Positions 10,311-25,723 of a stretch of 64,000 bases of DNA are shown piece after piece. Within the stretch, counting starts at the first letter, position 1. The number at the start of each line of letters is the position of its first letter. The position numbers and the translations under genes are program-made. Origin of the DNA: Auanema rhodensis (lineage: Eukaryota > Animalia > Nematoda); contig OZ059895.1 in the NCBI GenBank assembly GCA_964057225.1, forward strand, positions 3,100,001 to 3,164,000, in the 5' to 3' direction. Under the pieces are notes generated by a model. It was not told where the DNA came from. It ran no database searches and saw only the letters and a program-made list of their open reading frames with translations.

Positions 10311-13208
10311 AACTTTGATTTTTGTACACCCATAAATTATACGCAGCACAGGTTACCCTTAATTAATGAACTGACCGACTAATCAGACATGGATCTTTCC
10401 AAGTTCTGTTGCTTGAACGGATGTTTTCCTACGAAGGCTAGTAAAACATGCCCTTCAAAGCATCAGAACATGTGATCACATTCCAATATTTTTGTATCTA
10501 TCTTGTAAAGATAGTAATATATCATATGTTGAACACTATGTTGGAAAGATTTTAATTCAGATTTTCTAACTTTTATTCAGTTTGTTTTTTAAACTTTGAT
10601 TAAGAACTTTGATTTTTGTACACCCATAAATTATACGCAGCACAGGTTACCCTTAAATAATGAACTGACCGACTAATCAGACATGGATCTTTCCTAGTTC
10701 TGTTGCTTGAATGGATGTTTTCCTACGTAGGCTAGTAAAACATGCCCTTCAAAGCATCAGAACATGTGATCACATTCCAATTTTTTTGAAATCTATCTTG
10801 TAAAGATAGTAATAAACTTTGATTTTTGTACACCCATAAATTATACGCAGCACAGGTTACCCTTAAATAATGAACTGACCGACTAATCAGACATGGATCT
10901 TTCCTAGTTCTGTTGCTTGAATGGATGTTTTCCTACGTAGGCTAGTAAAACATGCCCTTCAAAGCATCAGAACATGTGATCACATTCCAATTTTTTTGAA
11001 ATCTATCTTGTAAAGATAGTAATAAACTTTGATTTTTGTACACCCATAAATTATACGCAGCACAGGTTACCCTTAAATAATGAACTGACCGACTAATCAG
11101 ACATGGATCTTTCCAAGTTCTGTTGCTTGAATGGATGTTTTCCTACGTAGGCTAGTAAAACATGCCCTTCAAAGCATCAGAACATGTGATCAAATTCCAA
11201 TTTTTTTGTATCTATCTTGTAAAGATAGTAATATATCATATGTTGAACACTATGTTGGAAAGATTTTAATTCGGTTTTTTTAATTTTTATTCAGTTTGTT
11301 TTTTAAACTTTGATTAAGAACTTTGATTTTTGTACACCCATAAATTATACGCAGCACAGGTTACCCTTAAATAATGAACTGACCGACTAATCAGACATGG
11401 ATCTTTCCAAGTTCTGTTGCTTGAATGGATGTTTTCCTACGTAGGCTAGTAAAACATGCCCTTCAAAGCATCAGAACATGTGATCAAATTCCAATTTTTT
11501 TGTATCTATCTTGTAAAGATAGTAGTATATCATATGTTGAACACTATGTTGGAAAGATTTTAATTCGGTTTTTTTAATTTTTATTCAGTTTGTTTTTTAA
11601 ACTTTGATTAAGAACTTTGATTTTTGTACACCCATAAATTATACGCAGCACAGGTTACCCTTAAATAATGAACTGACCGACTAATCAGACATGGATCTTT
11701 CCTAGTTCTGTTGCTTGAATGGATGTTTTCCTACGTAGGCTAGTAAAACATGCCCTTCAAAGCATCAGAACATGTGATCACATTCCAATTTTTTTGTATC
11801 TTTCTTGTAAAGATAGTAATATATCATATGTTGAACACTATGTTGGAAAGATTTTAATTCAGATTTTCGAACTTTTATTCAGTTTGTTTTTTAAACTTTG
11901 ATTAAGAACTTTGATTTTTGTACACCCATAAATTATACGCAGCACAGGTTACCCTTAATTAATGAACTGACCGACTAATCAGACATGGATCTTTCCAAGT
12001 TCTGTTGCTTGAACGGATGTTTTCCTACGAAGGCTAGTAAAACATGCCCTTCAAAGCATCAGAACATGTGATCACATTCCAATATTTTTGTATCTATCTT
12101 GTAAAGATAGTAATATATCATATGTTGAACACTATGTTGGAAAGATTTTAATTCAGATTTTCTAACTTTTATTCAGTTTGTTTTTTAAACTTTGATTAAG
12201 AACTTTGATTTTTGTACACCCATAAATTATACGCAGCACAGGTTACCCTTAAATAATGAACTGACCGACTAATCAGACATGGATCTTTCCTAGTTCTGTT
12301 GCTTGAATGGATGTTTTCCTACGTAGGCTAGTAAAACATGCCCTTCAAAGCATCAGAACATGTGATCACATTCCAATTTTTTTGAAATCTATCTTGTAAA
12401 GATAGTAATAAACTTTGATTTTTGTACACCCATAAATTATACGCAGCACAGGTTACCCTTAAATAATGAACTGACCGACTAATCAGACATGGATCTTTCC
12501 TAGTTCTGTTGCTTGAATGGATGTTTTCCTACGTAGGCTAGTAAAACATGCCCTTCAAAGCATCAGAACATGTGATCACATTCCAATTTTTTTGAAATCT
12601 ATCTTGTAAAGATAGTAATAAACTTTGATTTTTGTACACCCATAAATTATACGCAGCACAGGTTACCCTTAAATAATGAACTGACCGACTAATCAGACAT
12701 GGATCTTTCCAAGTTCTGTTGCTTGAATGGATGTTTTCCTACGTAGGCTAGTAAAACATGCCCTTCAAAGCATCAGAACATGTGATCAAATTCCAATTTT
12801 TTTGTATCTATCTTGTAAAGATAGTAATATATCATATGTTGAACACTATGTTGGAAAGATTTTAATTCGGTTTTTTTAATTTTTATTCAGTTTGTTTTTT
12901 AAACTTTGATTAAGAACTTTGATTTTTGTACACCCATAAATTATACGCAGCACAGGTTACCCTTAAATAAAGAACTGACCGACTAATCAGACATGGATCT
13001 TTCCAAGTTCTGTTGCTTGAATGGATGTTTTCCTACGTAGGCTAGTAAAACATGCCCTTCAAAGCATCAGAACATGTGATCAAATTCCAATTTTTTTGTA
13101 TCTATCTTGTAAAGATAGTAATATATCATATGTTGAACACTATGTTGGAAAGATTTTAATTCGGTTTTTTTAATTTTTATTCAGTTTGTTTTTTAAACTT
13201 TGATTAAG
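10017..13208 (+). repeat. 1596-bp 6-mer HOR x2 (a similar copy lies at 1029-2624)
   Basis: ORF spacing 10123>11719 = 1596; the order 294,294,210,210,294,294 is repeated. Confidence 0.85.
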
Positions 13209-16200
13209 AACTTTGATTTTTGTACACCCATAAATTATACGCAGCACAGGTTACCCTTAAATAAAGAACTGACCGACTAATCAGACATGGATCTTTCCAA
13301 GTTCTGTTGCTTGAATGGATGTTTTCCTACGTAGGCTAGTAAAACATGCCCTTCAAAGCATCAGAACATGTGATCAAATTCCAATTTTTTTGTATCTATC
13401 TTGTAAAGATAGTAATATATCATATGTTGAACACTATGTTGGAAAGATTTTAATTCGGTTTTTTTAATTTTTATTCAGTTTGTTTTTTAAACTTTGATTA
13501 AGAACTTTGATTTTTGTACACCCATAAATTATACGCAGCACAGGTTACCCTTAAATAATGAACTGACCGTCTAATCAGACATGGATCTTCCCAAGTTCTG
13601 TTGCTTGAATGGATGTTTTCCTACGTAGGCTAGTAAAACATGCCCTTCAAAGCATCAGAACATGTGATCAAATTCCAATTTTTTTGTATCTATCTTGTAA
13701 AGATAGTAATATATCATATGTTGAACACTATGTTGGAAAGATTTTCATTCAGATTTTTTAATTTTTATTCAGTTTGTTTTTTAAACTTTGATTAAGAACT
13801 TTGATTTTTGTACACCCATAAATTATACGCAGCACAGGTTACCCTTAATTAATGAACTGACCGACTAATCAGACATGGATCTTTCCAAGTTCTGTTGCTT
13901 GAACGGATGTTTTCCTACGAAGGCTAGTAAAACATGCCCTTCAAAGCATCAGAACATGTGATCACATTCCAATATTTTTGTATCTATCTTGTAAAGATAG
14001 TAATATATCATATGTTGAACACTATGTTGGAAAGATTTTAATTCAGATTTTCTAACTTTTATTCAGTTTGTTTTTTAAACTTTGATTAAGAACTTTGATT
14101 TTTGTACACCCATAAATTATACGCAGCACAGGTTACCCTTAAATAATGAACTGACCGACTAATCAGACATGGATCTTTCCTAGTTCTGTTGCTTGAATGG
14201 ATGTTTTCCTACGTAGGCTAGTAAAACATGCCCTTCAAAGCATCAGAACATGTGATCACATTCCAATTTTTTTGAAATCTATCTTGTAAAGATAGTAATA
14301 AACTTTGATTTTTGTACACCCATAAATTATACGCAGCACAGGTTACCCTTAAATAATGAACTGACCGACTAATCAGACATGGATCTTTCCTAGTTCTGTT
14401 GCTTGAATGGATGTTTTCCTACGTAGGCTAGTAAAACATGCCCTTCAAAGCATCAGAACATGTGATCACATTCCAATTTTTTTGTATCTTTCTTGTAAAG
14501 ATAGTAATATATCATATGTTGAACACTATGTTGGAAAGATTTTAATTCAGATTTTCGAACTTTTATTCAGTTTGTTTTTTAAACTTTGATTAAGAACTTT
14601 GATTTTTGTACACCCATAAATTATACGCAGCACAGGTTACCCTTAATTAATGAACTGACCGACTAATCAGACATGGATCTTTCCAAGTTCTGTTGCTTGA
14701 ACGGATGTTTTCCTACGAAGGCTAGTAAAACATGCCCTTCAAAGCATCAGAACATGTGATCACATTCCAATATTTTTGTATCTATCTTGTAAAGATAGTA
14801 ATATATCATATGTTGAACACTATGTTGAAAAGATTTTAATTCAGATTTTCTAACTTTTATTCAGTTTGTTTTTTAAACTTTGATTAAGAACTTTGATTTT
14901 TGTACACCCATAAATTATACGCAGCACAGGTTACCCTTAAATAATGAACTGACCGACTAATCAGACATGGATCTTTCCTAGTTCTGTTGCTTGAATGGAT
15001 GTTTTCCTACGTAGGCTAGTAAAACATGCCCTTCAAAGCATCAGAACATGTGATCACATTCCAATTTTTTTGAAATCTATCTTGTAAAGATAGTAATAAA
15101 CTTTGATTTTTGTACACCCATAAATTATACGCAGCACAGGTTACCCTTAAATAATGAACTGACCGACTAATCAGACATGGATCTTTCCTAGTTCTGTTGC
15201 TTGAATGGATGTTTTCCTACGTAGGCTAGTAAAACATGCCCTTCAAAGCATCAGAACATGTGATCACATTCCAATTTTTTTGAAATCTATCTTGTAAAGA
15301 TAGTAATAAACTTTGATTTTTGTACACCCATAAATTATACGCAGCACAGGTTACCCTTAAATAATGAACTGACCGACTAATCAGACATGGATCTTTCCTA
15401 GTTCTGTTGCTTGAATGGATGTTTTCCTACGTAGGCTAGTAAAACATGCCCTTCAAAGCATCAGAACATGTGATCACATTCCAATTTTTTTGTATCTTTC
15501 TTGTAAAGATAGTAATATATCATATGTTGAACACTATGTTGGAAAGATTTTAATTCAGATTTTCGAACTTTTATTCAGTTTGTTTTTTAAACTTTGATTA
15601 AGAACTTTGATTTTTGTACACCCATAAATTATACGCAGCACAGGTTACCCTTAAATAATGAACTGACCGACTAATCAGACATGGATCTTTCCTAGTTCTG
15701 TTGCTTGAATGGATGTTTTCCTACGTAGGCTAGTAAAACATGCCCTTCAAAGCATCAGAACATGTGATCACATTCCAATTTTTTTGAAATCTATCTTGTA
15801 AAGATAGTAATAAACTTTGATTTTTGTACACCCATAAATTATACGCAGCACAGGTTACCCTTAAATAATGAACTGACCGACTAATCAGACATGGATCTTT
15901 CCTAGTTCTGTTGCTTGAATGGATGTTTTCCTACGTAGGCTAGTAAAACATGCCCTTCAAAGCATCAGAACATGTGATCACATTCCAATTTTTTTGAAAT
16001 CTATCTTGTAAAGATAGTAATAAACTTTGATTTTTGTACACCCATAAATTATACGCAGCACAGGTTACCCTTAAATAATGAACTGACCGACTAATCAGAC
16101 ATGGATCTTTCCTAGTTCTGTTGCTTGAATGGATGTTTTCCTACGTAGGCTAGTAAAACATGCCCTTCAAAGCATCAGAACATGTGATCAAATTCCAATT

Positions 16201-19200
16201 TTTTTGTATCTATCTTGTAAAGATAGTAATATATCATATGTTGAACACTATGTTGGAAAGATTTTCATTCAGATTTTTTAATTTTTATTCAGTTTGTTTT
16301 TTAAACTTTGATTAAGAACTTTGATTTTTGTACACCCATAAATTATACGCAGCACAGGTTACCCTTAAATAATGAACTGACCGACTAATCAGACATGGAT
16401 CTTTCCTAGTTCTGTTGCTTGAATGGATGTTTTCCTACGTAGGCTAGTAAAACATGCCCTTCAAAGCATCAGAACATGTGATCAAATTCCAATTTTTTTG
16501 TATCTATCTTGTAAAGATAGTAATATATCATATGTTGAACACTATGTTGGAAAGATTTTAATTCAGATTTTCGAACTTTTATTCAGTTTGTTTTTTAAAC
16601 TTTGATTAAGAACTTTGATTTTTGTACACCCATAAATTATACGCAGCACAGGTTACCCTTAATTAATGAACTGACCGACTAATCAGACATGGATCTTTCC
16701 AAGTTCTGTTACTTGAACGGATGTTTTCCTACGAAGGCTAGTAAAACATGCCCTTCAAAGCATCAGAACATGTGATCACATTCCAATATTTTTGTATCTA
16801 TCTTGTAAAGATAGTAATATATCATATGTTGAACACAATGTTGGAAAGATTTTAATTCAGATTTTCTAACTTTTATTCAGTTTGTTTTTTAAACTTTGAT
16901 TAAGAACTTTGATTTTTGTACACCCATAAATTATACGCAGCACAGGTTACCCTTGAATAATGAACTGACCGACTAATCAGACATGGATCTTTCCTAATTC
17001 TGTTGCTTGAATGGATGTTTTCCTACGTAGGCTAGTAAAACATGCCCTTCAAAGCATCAGAACATGTGATCACATTCCAATTTTTTTGTATCTATCTTGT
17101 AAAGATAGTAATATATCATATGTTGAACACTATGTTGGAAAGATTTTAATTCAGATTTTTTCAACTTTCACTCAGTTTGTTTTCTAAACTTTGATTAAGA
17201 ACCTTGTTGTTTGTACACCCATAAAATATACGCAGCACAGGTTACCCTTAAATAATGAACTGACCGTTTAATCAGACATGGATCTTCCCAAGTTCTGTTG
17301 CTTGAATGGATGTTTTCCTACGTAGGCTAGTAAAACATGCCCTTCAAAGCATCAGAACATGTGATCACATTCCAATTTATTTGTATCTATCTTGTAAAGA
17401 TAGTAATATATCATATGTTGAACACTATGTTGGAAAGATTTTAATTCGGTTTTTTTAATTTTTATTCAGTTTGTTTTTTAAACTTTGATTAAGAACTTTG
17501 ATTTTTGTACACCCATAAATTATACGCAGCACAGGTTACCCTTAAATAAAGAACTGACCGACTAATCAGACATGGATCTTACCAAGTTCTGTTGCTTGAA
17601 TGGATGTTTTCCTACGTAGGCTAGTAAAACATGCCCTTCAAAGCATCAGAACATGTGATCAAATTCCAATTTTTTTGTATCTATCTTGTAAAGATAGTAA
17701 TATATCATATGTTGAACACTATGTTGGAAAGATTTTAATTCGGTTTTTTTAATTTTTATTCAGTTTGTTTTTTAAACTTTGATTAAGAACTTTGATTTTT
17801 GTACACCCATAAATTATACGCAGCACAGGTTACCCTTGAATAATGAACTGACCGACTAATCAGACATGGATCTTTCCTAATTCTGTTGCTTGAATGGATG
17901 TTTTCCTACGTAGGCTAGTAAAACATGCCCTTCAAAGCATCAGAACATGTGATCACATTCCAATTTTTTTGTATCTATCTTGTAAAGATAGTAATAAACT
18001 TTGATTTTTGTACACCCATAAATTATACGCAGCACAGGTTACCCTTAAATAATGAACTGACCGACTAATCAGACATGGATCTCTCCAAGTTCTGTTGCTT
18101 GAACGGATGTTTTCCTACGTAGGCTAGTAAAACATGCCCTTCAAAGCATCAGAACATGTGATCACATTTCAATTTTTTTGTATCTATCTTGTAAAGATAG
18201 TAATATATCATATGTTGAACACTATGTTGGAAAGATTTTAATTCAGATTTTTTCAACTTTCACTCAGTTTGTTTTCTAAACTTTGATTAAGAACCTTGTT
18301 GTTTGTACACCCATAAAATATACGCAGCACAGGTTACCCTTAAATAATGAACTGACCGTTTAATCAGACATGGATCTTCCCAAGTTCTGTTGCTTGAATG
18401 GATGTTTTCCTACGTAGGCTAGTAAAACATGCCCTTCAAAGCATCAGAACATGTGATCACATTCCAATTTTTTTGTATCTATCTTGTAAAGATAGTAATA
18501 TATCATATGTTGAACACTATGTTGGAAAGATTTTAATTCGGTTTTTTTAATTTTTATTCAGTTTGTTTTTTAAACTTTGATTAAGAACTTTGATTTTTGT
18601 ACACCCATAAATTATACGCAGCACAGGTTACCCTTAAATAAAGAACTGACCGACTAATCAGACATGGATCTTTCCTAATTCTGTTGCTTGAATGGATGTT
18701 TTCCTACGTAGGCTAGTAAAACATGCCCTTCAAAGCATCAGAACATGTGATCACATTCCAATTTTTTTGTATCTATCTTGTAAAGATAGTAATAAACTTT
18801 GATTTTTGTACACCCATAAATTATACGCAGCACAGGTTACCCTTAAATAATGAACTGACCGACTAATCAGACATGGATCTCTCCAAGTTCTGTTGCTTGA
18901 ACGGATGTTTTCCTACGTAGGCTAGTAAAACATGCCCTTCAAAGCATCAGAACATGTGATCACATTTCAATTTTTTTGTATCTATCTTGTAAAGATAGTA
19001 ATATATCATATGTTGAACACTATGTTGGAAAGATTTTAATTCAGATTTTTTCAACTTTCACTCAGTTTGTTTTCTAAACTTTGATTAAGAACCTTGTTGT
19101 TTGTACACCCATAAAATATACGCAGCACAGGTTACCCTTAAATAATGAACTGACCGTTTAATCAGACATGGATCTTCCCAAGTTCTGTTGCTTGAATGGA

Positions 19201-20769
19201 TGTTTTCCTACGTAGGCTAGTAAAACATGCCCTTCAAAGCATCAGAACATGTGATCACATTCCAATTTTTTTGTATCTATCTTGTAAAGATAGTAATATA
19301 TCATATGTTGAACACTATGTTGGAAAGATTTTAATTCGGTTTTTTTAATTTTTATTCAGTTTGTTTTTTAAACTTTGATTAAGAACTTTGATTTTTGTAC
19401 ACCCATAAATTATACGCAGCACAGGTTACCCTTAAATAAAGAACTGACCGACTAATCAGACATGGATCTTACCAAGTTCTGTTGCTTGAATGGATGTTTT
19501 CCTACGTAGGCTAGTAAAACATGCCCTTCAAAGCATCAGAACATGTGATCAAATTCCAATTTTTTTGTATCTATCTTGTAAAGATAGTAATATATCATAT
19601 GTTGAACACTATGTTGGAAAGATTTTAATTCGGTTTTTTTAATTTTTATTCAGTTTGTTTTTTAAACTTTGATTAAGAATTTTGATTTTTGTACACCCAT
19701 AAATTATACGCAGCACAGGTTACCCTTGAATAATGAACTGACCGACTAATCAGACATGGATCTTTCCTAATTCTGTTGCTTGAATGGATGTTTTCCTACG
19801 TAGGCTAGTAAAACATGCCCTTCAAAGCATCAGAACATGTGATCACATTCCAATTTTTTTGTATCTATCTTGTAAAGATAGTAATAAACTTTGATTTTTG
19901 TACACCCATAAATTATACGCAGCACAGGTTACCCTTAAATAATGAACTGACCGACTAATCAGACATGGATCTCTCCAAGTTCTGTTGCTTGAACGGATGT
20001 TTTCCTACGTAGGCTAGTAAAACATGCCCTTCAAAGCATCAGAGCATGTGATCACATTTCAATTTTTTTGTATCTATCTTGTAAAGATAGTAATATATCA
20101 TATGTTGAACACTATGTTGGAAAGATTTTAATTCAGATTTTTTCAACTTTCACTCAGTTTGTTTTCTAAACTTTGATTAAGAACCTTGTTGTTTGTACAC
20201 CCATAAAATATACGCAGCACAGGTTACCCTTAAATAATGAACTGACCGTTTAATCAGACATGGATCTTCCCAAGTTCTGTTGCTTGAATGGATGTTTTCC
20301 TACGTAGGCTAGTAAAACATGCCCTTCAAAGCATCAGAACATGTGATCACATTCCAATTTTTTTGTATCTATCTTGTAAAGATAGTAATATATCATATGT
20401 TGAACACTATGTTGGAAAGATTTTAATTCGGTTTTTTTAATTTTTATTCAGTTTGTTTTTTAAACTTTGATTAAGAACTTTGATTTTTGTACACCCATAA
20501 ATTATACGCAGCACAGGTTACCCTTAAATAAAGAACTGACCGACTAATCAGACATGGATCTTACCAAGTTCTGTTGCTTGAATGGATGTTTTCCTACGTA
20601 GGCTAGTAAAACATGCCCTTCAAAGCATCAGAACATGTGATCAAATTCCAATTTTTTTGTATCTATCTTGTAAAGATAGTAATATATCATATGTTGAACA
20701 CTATGTTGGAAAGATTTTAATTCAGATTTTCTAACTTTTATTCAGTTTGTTTTTTAAACTTTGATTAAG

Positions 20770-23700
20770 AACTTTGATTTTTGTACACCCATAAATTATA
20801 CGCAGCACAGGTTACCCTTAAATAATGAACTGACCGACTAATCAGACATGGATCTTTCCTAGTTCTATTGCTTGAATGGATGTTTTCCTACGTAGGCTAG
20901 TAAAACATGCCCTTCAAAGCATCAGAACATGTGATCAAATTCCAATTTTTTTGTATCTATCTTGTAAAGATAGTAATATATCATATGTTGAACACTATGT
21001 TGGAAAGATTTAATTCAGATTTTCGAACTTTTATTCAGTTTGTTTTTTAAACTTTGATTAAGAACTTTGATTTTTGTACACCCATAAATTATACGCAGCA
21101 CAGGTTACCCTTAATTAATGAACTGACCGACTAATCAGACATGGATCTTTCCAAGTTCTGTTGCTTGAACGGATGTTTTCCTACGAAGGCTAGTAAAACA
21201 TGCCCTTCAAAGCATCAGAACATGTGATCACATTCCAATATTTTTGTATCTATCTTGTAAAGATAGTAATATATCATATGTTGAACACTATGTTGGAAAG
21301 ATTTTAATTCAGATTTTCTAACTTTTATTCAGTTTGTTTTTTAAACTTTGATTAAGAACTTTGATTTTTGTACACCCATAAATTATACGCAGCACAGGTT
21401 ACCCTTGAATAATGAACTGACCGACTAATCAGACATGGATCTTTCCTAGTTCTGTTGCTTGAATGGATGTTTTCCTACGTAGGCTAGTAAAACATGCCCT
21501 TCAAAGCATCAGAACATGTGATCACATTCCAATTTTTTTGTATCTATCTTGTAAAGATAGTAATAAACTTTGATTTTTGTACACCCATAAATTATACGCA
21601 GCACAGGTTACCCTTAAATAATGAACTGACCGACTAATCAGACATGGATCTCTCCAAGTTCTGTTGCTTGAACGGATGTTTTCCTACGTAGGCTAGTAAA
21701 ACATGCCCTTCAAAGCATCAGAACATGTGATCACATTTCAATTTTTTTGTATCTATCTTGTAAAGATAGTAATATATCATATGTTGAACACTATGTTGGA
21801 AAGATTTTGATTCAGATTTTTTCAACTTTCACTCAGTTTGTTTTCTAAACTTTGATTAAGAACCTTGTTGTTTGTACACCCATAAAATATACGCAGCACA
21901 GGTTACCCTTAAATAATGAACTGACCGTTTAATCAGACATGGATCTTCCCAAGTTCTGTTGCTTGAATGGATGTTTTCCTACGTAGGCTAGTAAAACATG
22001 CCCTTCAAAGCATCAGAACATGTGATCACATTCCAATTTTTTTGTATCTATCTTGTAAAGATAGTAATATATCATATGTTGAACACTATGTTGGAAAGAT
22101 TTTAATTCAGATTTTCTAACTTTTATTCAGTTTGTTTTTTAAACTTTGATTAAGAACTTTGATTTTTGTACACCCATAAATTATACGCAGCACAGGTTAC
22201 CCTTGAATAATGAACTGACCGACTAATCAGACATGGATATTTCCTAATTCTGTTGCTTGAATGGATGTTTTCCTACGTAGGCTAGTAAAACATGCCCTTC
22301 AAAGCATCAGAATATGTGATCACATTCCAATTTTTTTGTATCTATCTTGTAAAGATAGTAATAAACTTTGATTTTTGTACACCCATAAATTATACGCAGC
22401 ACAGGTTACCCTTAAATAATGAACTGACCGACTAATCAGACATGGATCTCTCCAAGTTCTGTTGCTTGAACGGATGTTTTCCTACGTAGGCTAGTAAAAC
22501 ATGCCCTTCAAAGCATCAGAACATGTGATCACATTTCAATTTTTTTGTATCTATCTTGTAAAGATAGTAATATATCATATGTTGAACACTATGTTGGAAA
22601 GATTTTAATTCAGATTTTTTCAACTTTCACTCAGTTTGTTTTCTAAACTTTGATTAAGAACCTTGTTGTTTGTACACCCATAAAATATACGCAGCACAGG
22701 TTACCCTTAAATAATGAACTGACCGTTTAATCAGACATGGATCTTCCCAAGTTCTGTTGCTTGAATGGATGTTTTCCTACGTAGGCTAGTAAAACATGCC
22801 CTTCAAAGCATCAGAACATGTGATCACATTCCAATTTTTTTGTATCTATCTTGTAAAGATAGTAATATATCATATGTTGAACACTATGTTGGAAAGATTT
22901 TAATTCGGTTTTTTTAATTTTTATTCAGTTTGTTTTTTAAACTTTGATTAAGAACTTTGATTTTTGTACACCCATAAATTATACGCAGCACAGGTTACCC
23001 TTAAATAAAGAACTGACCGACTAATCAGACATGGATCTTACCAAGTTCTGTTGCTTGAATGGATGTTTTCCTACGTAGGCTAGTAAAACATGCCCTTCAA
23101 AGCATCAGAACATGTGATCAAATTCCAATTTTTTTGTATCTATCTTGTAAAGATAGTAATATATCATATGTTGAACACTATGTTGGAAAGATTTTAATTC
23201 AGATTTTCTAACTTTTATTCAGTTTGTTTTTTAAACTTTGATTAAGAACTTTGATTTTTGTACACCCATAAATTATACGCAGCACAGGTTACCCTTAAAT
23301 AATGAACTGACCGACTAATCAGACATGGATCTTTCCTAGTTCTATTGCTTGAATGGATGTTTTCCTACGTAGGCTAGTAAAACATGCCCTTCAAAGCATC
23401 AGAACATGTGATCAAATTCCAATTTTTTTGTATCTATCTTGTAAAGATAGTAATATATCATATGTTGAACACTATGTTGGAAAGATTTAATTCAGATTTT
23501 CGAACTTTTATTCAGTTTGTTTTTTAAACTTTGATTAAGAACTTTGATTTTTGTACACCCATAAATTATACGCAGCACAGGTTACCCTTAATTAATGAAC
23601 TGACCGACTAATCAGACATGGATCTTTCCAAGTTCTGTTGCTTGAACGGATGTTTTCCTACGAAGGCTAGTAAAACATGCCCTTCAAAGCATCAGAACAT

Positions 23701-25723
23701 GTGATCACATTCCAATATTTTTGTATCTATCTTGTAAAGATAGTAATATATCATATGTTGAACACTATGTTGGAAAGATTTTAATTCAGATTTTCTAACT
23801 TTTATTCAGTTTGTTTTTTAAACTTTGATTAAGAACTTTGATTTTTGTACACCCATAAATTATACGCAGCACAGGTTACCCTTGAATAATGAACTGACCG
23901 ACTAATCAGACATGGATCTTTCCTAGTTCTGTTGCTTGAATGGATGTTTTCCTACGTAGGCTAGTAAAACATGCCCTTCAAAGCATCAGAACATGTGATC
24001 ACATTCCAATTTTTTTGTATCTATCTTGTAAAGATAGTAATAAACTTTGATTTTTGTACACCCATAAATTATACGCAGCACAGGTTACCCTTAAATAATG
24101 AACTGACCGACTAATCAGACATGGATCTCTCCAAGTTCTGTTGCTTGAACGGATGTTTTCCTACGTAGGCTAGTAAAACATGCCCTTCAAAGCATCAGAA
24201 CATGTGATCACATTTCAATTTTTTTGTATCTATCTTGTAAAGATAGTAATATATCATATGTTGAACACTATGTTGGAAAGATTTTGATTCAGATTTTTTC
24301 AACTTTCACTCAGTTTGTTTTCTAAACTTTGATTAAGAACCTTGTTGTTTGTACACCCATAAAATATACGCAGCACAGGTTACCCTTAAATAATGAACTG
24401 ACCGTTTAATCAGACATGGATCTTCCCAAGTTCTGTTGCTTGAATGGATGTTTTCCTACGTAGGCTAGTAAAACATGCCCTTCAAAGCATCAGAACATGT
24501 GATCACATTCCAATTTTTTTGTATCTATCTTGTAAAGATAGTAATATATCATATGTTGAACACTATGTTGGAAAGATTTTAATTCAGATTTTCTAACTTT
24601 TATTCAGTTTGTTTTTTAAACTTTGATTAAGAACTTTGATTTTTGTACACCCATAAATTATACGCAGCACAGGTTACCCTTGAATAATGAACTGACCGAC
24701 TAATCAGACATGGATATTTCCTAATTCTGTTGCTTGAATGGATGTTTTCCTACGTAGGCTAGTAAAACATGCCCTTCAAAGCATCAGAATATGTGATCAC
24801 ATTCCAATTTTTTTGTATCTATCTTGTAAAGATAGTAATAAACTTTGATTTTTGTACACCCATAAATTATACGCAGCACAGGTTACCCTTAAATAATGAA
24901 CTGACCGACTAATCAGACATGGATCTCTCCAAGTTCTGTTGCTTGAACGGATGTTTTCCTACGTAGGCTAGTAAAACATGCCCTTCAAAGCATCAGAACA
25001 TGTGATCACATTTCAATTTTTTTGTATCTATCTTGTAAAGATAGTAATATATCATATGTTGAACACTATGTTGGAAAGATTTTAATTCAGATTTTTTCAA
25101 CTTTCACTCAGTTTGTTTTCTAAACTTTGATTAAGAACCTTGTTGTTTGTACACCCATAAAATATACGCAGCACAGGTTACCCTTAAATAATGAACTGAC
25201 CGTTTAATCAGACATGGATCTTCCCAAGTTCTGTTGCTTGAATGGATGTTTTCCTACGTAGGCTAGTAAAACATGCCCTTCAAAGCATCAGAACATGTGA
25301 TCACATTCCAATTTTTTTGTATCTATCTTGTAAAGATAGTAATATATCATATGTTGAACACTATGTTGGAAAGATTTTAATTCGGTTTTTTTAATTTTTA
25401 TTCAGTTTGTTTTTTAAACTTTGATTAAGAACTTTGATTTTTGTACACCCATAAATTATACGCAGCACAGGTTACCCTTAAATAAAGAACTGACCGACTA
25501 ATCAGACATGGATCTTACCAAGTTCTGTTGCTTGAATGGATGTTTTCCTACGTAGGCTAGTAAAACATGCCCTTCAAAGCATCAGAACATGTGATCAAAT
25601 TCCAATTTTTTTGTATCTATCTTGTAAAGATAGTAATATATCATATGTTGAACACTATGTTGGAAAGATTTTAATTCAGATTTTCTAACTTTTATTCAGT
25701 TTGTTTTTTAAACTTTGATTAAG
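20770..25723 (+). repeat. 2477-bp 9-mer tandem duplication
   Basis: Five private variants recur at +2477: TTCTATTG, a 1-bp deletion (AAGATTTAATT), ATTTTGATTC (21809/24286), GGATATTT and GAATATGTG. Confidence 0.93.

Larger units (their letters stand above)
1..16904 (+). repeat. Array domain I: mixed 294/210-bp monomers
   Basis: The 210-bp unit and the TATCTTTCTT variant monomer are confined here, apart from an island at 27992-28705. Confidence 0.92.
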
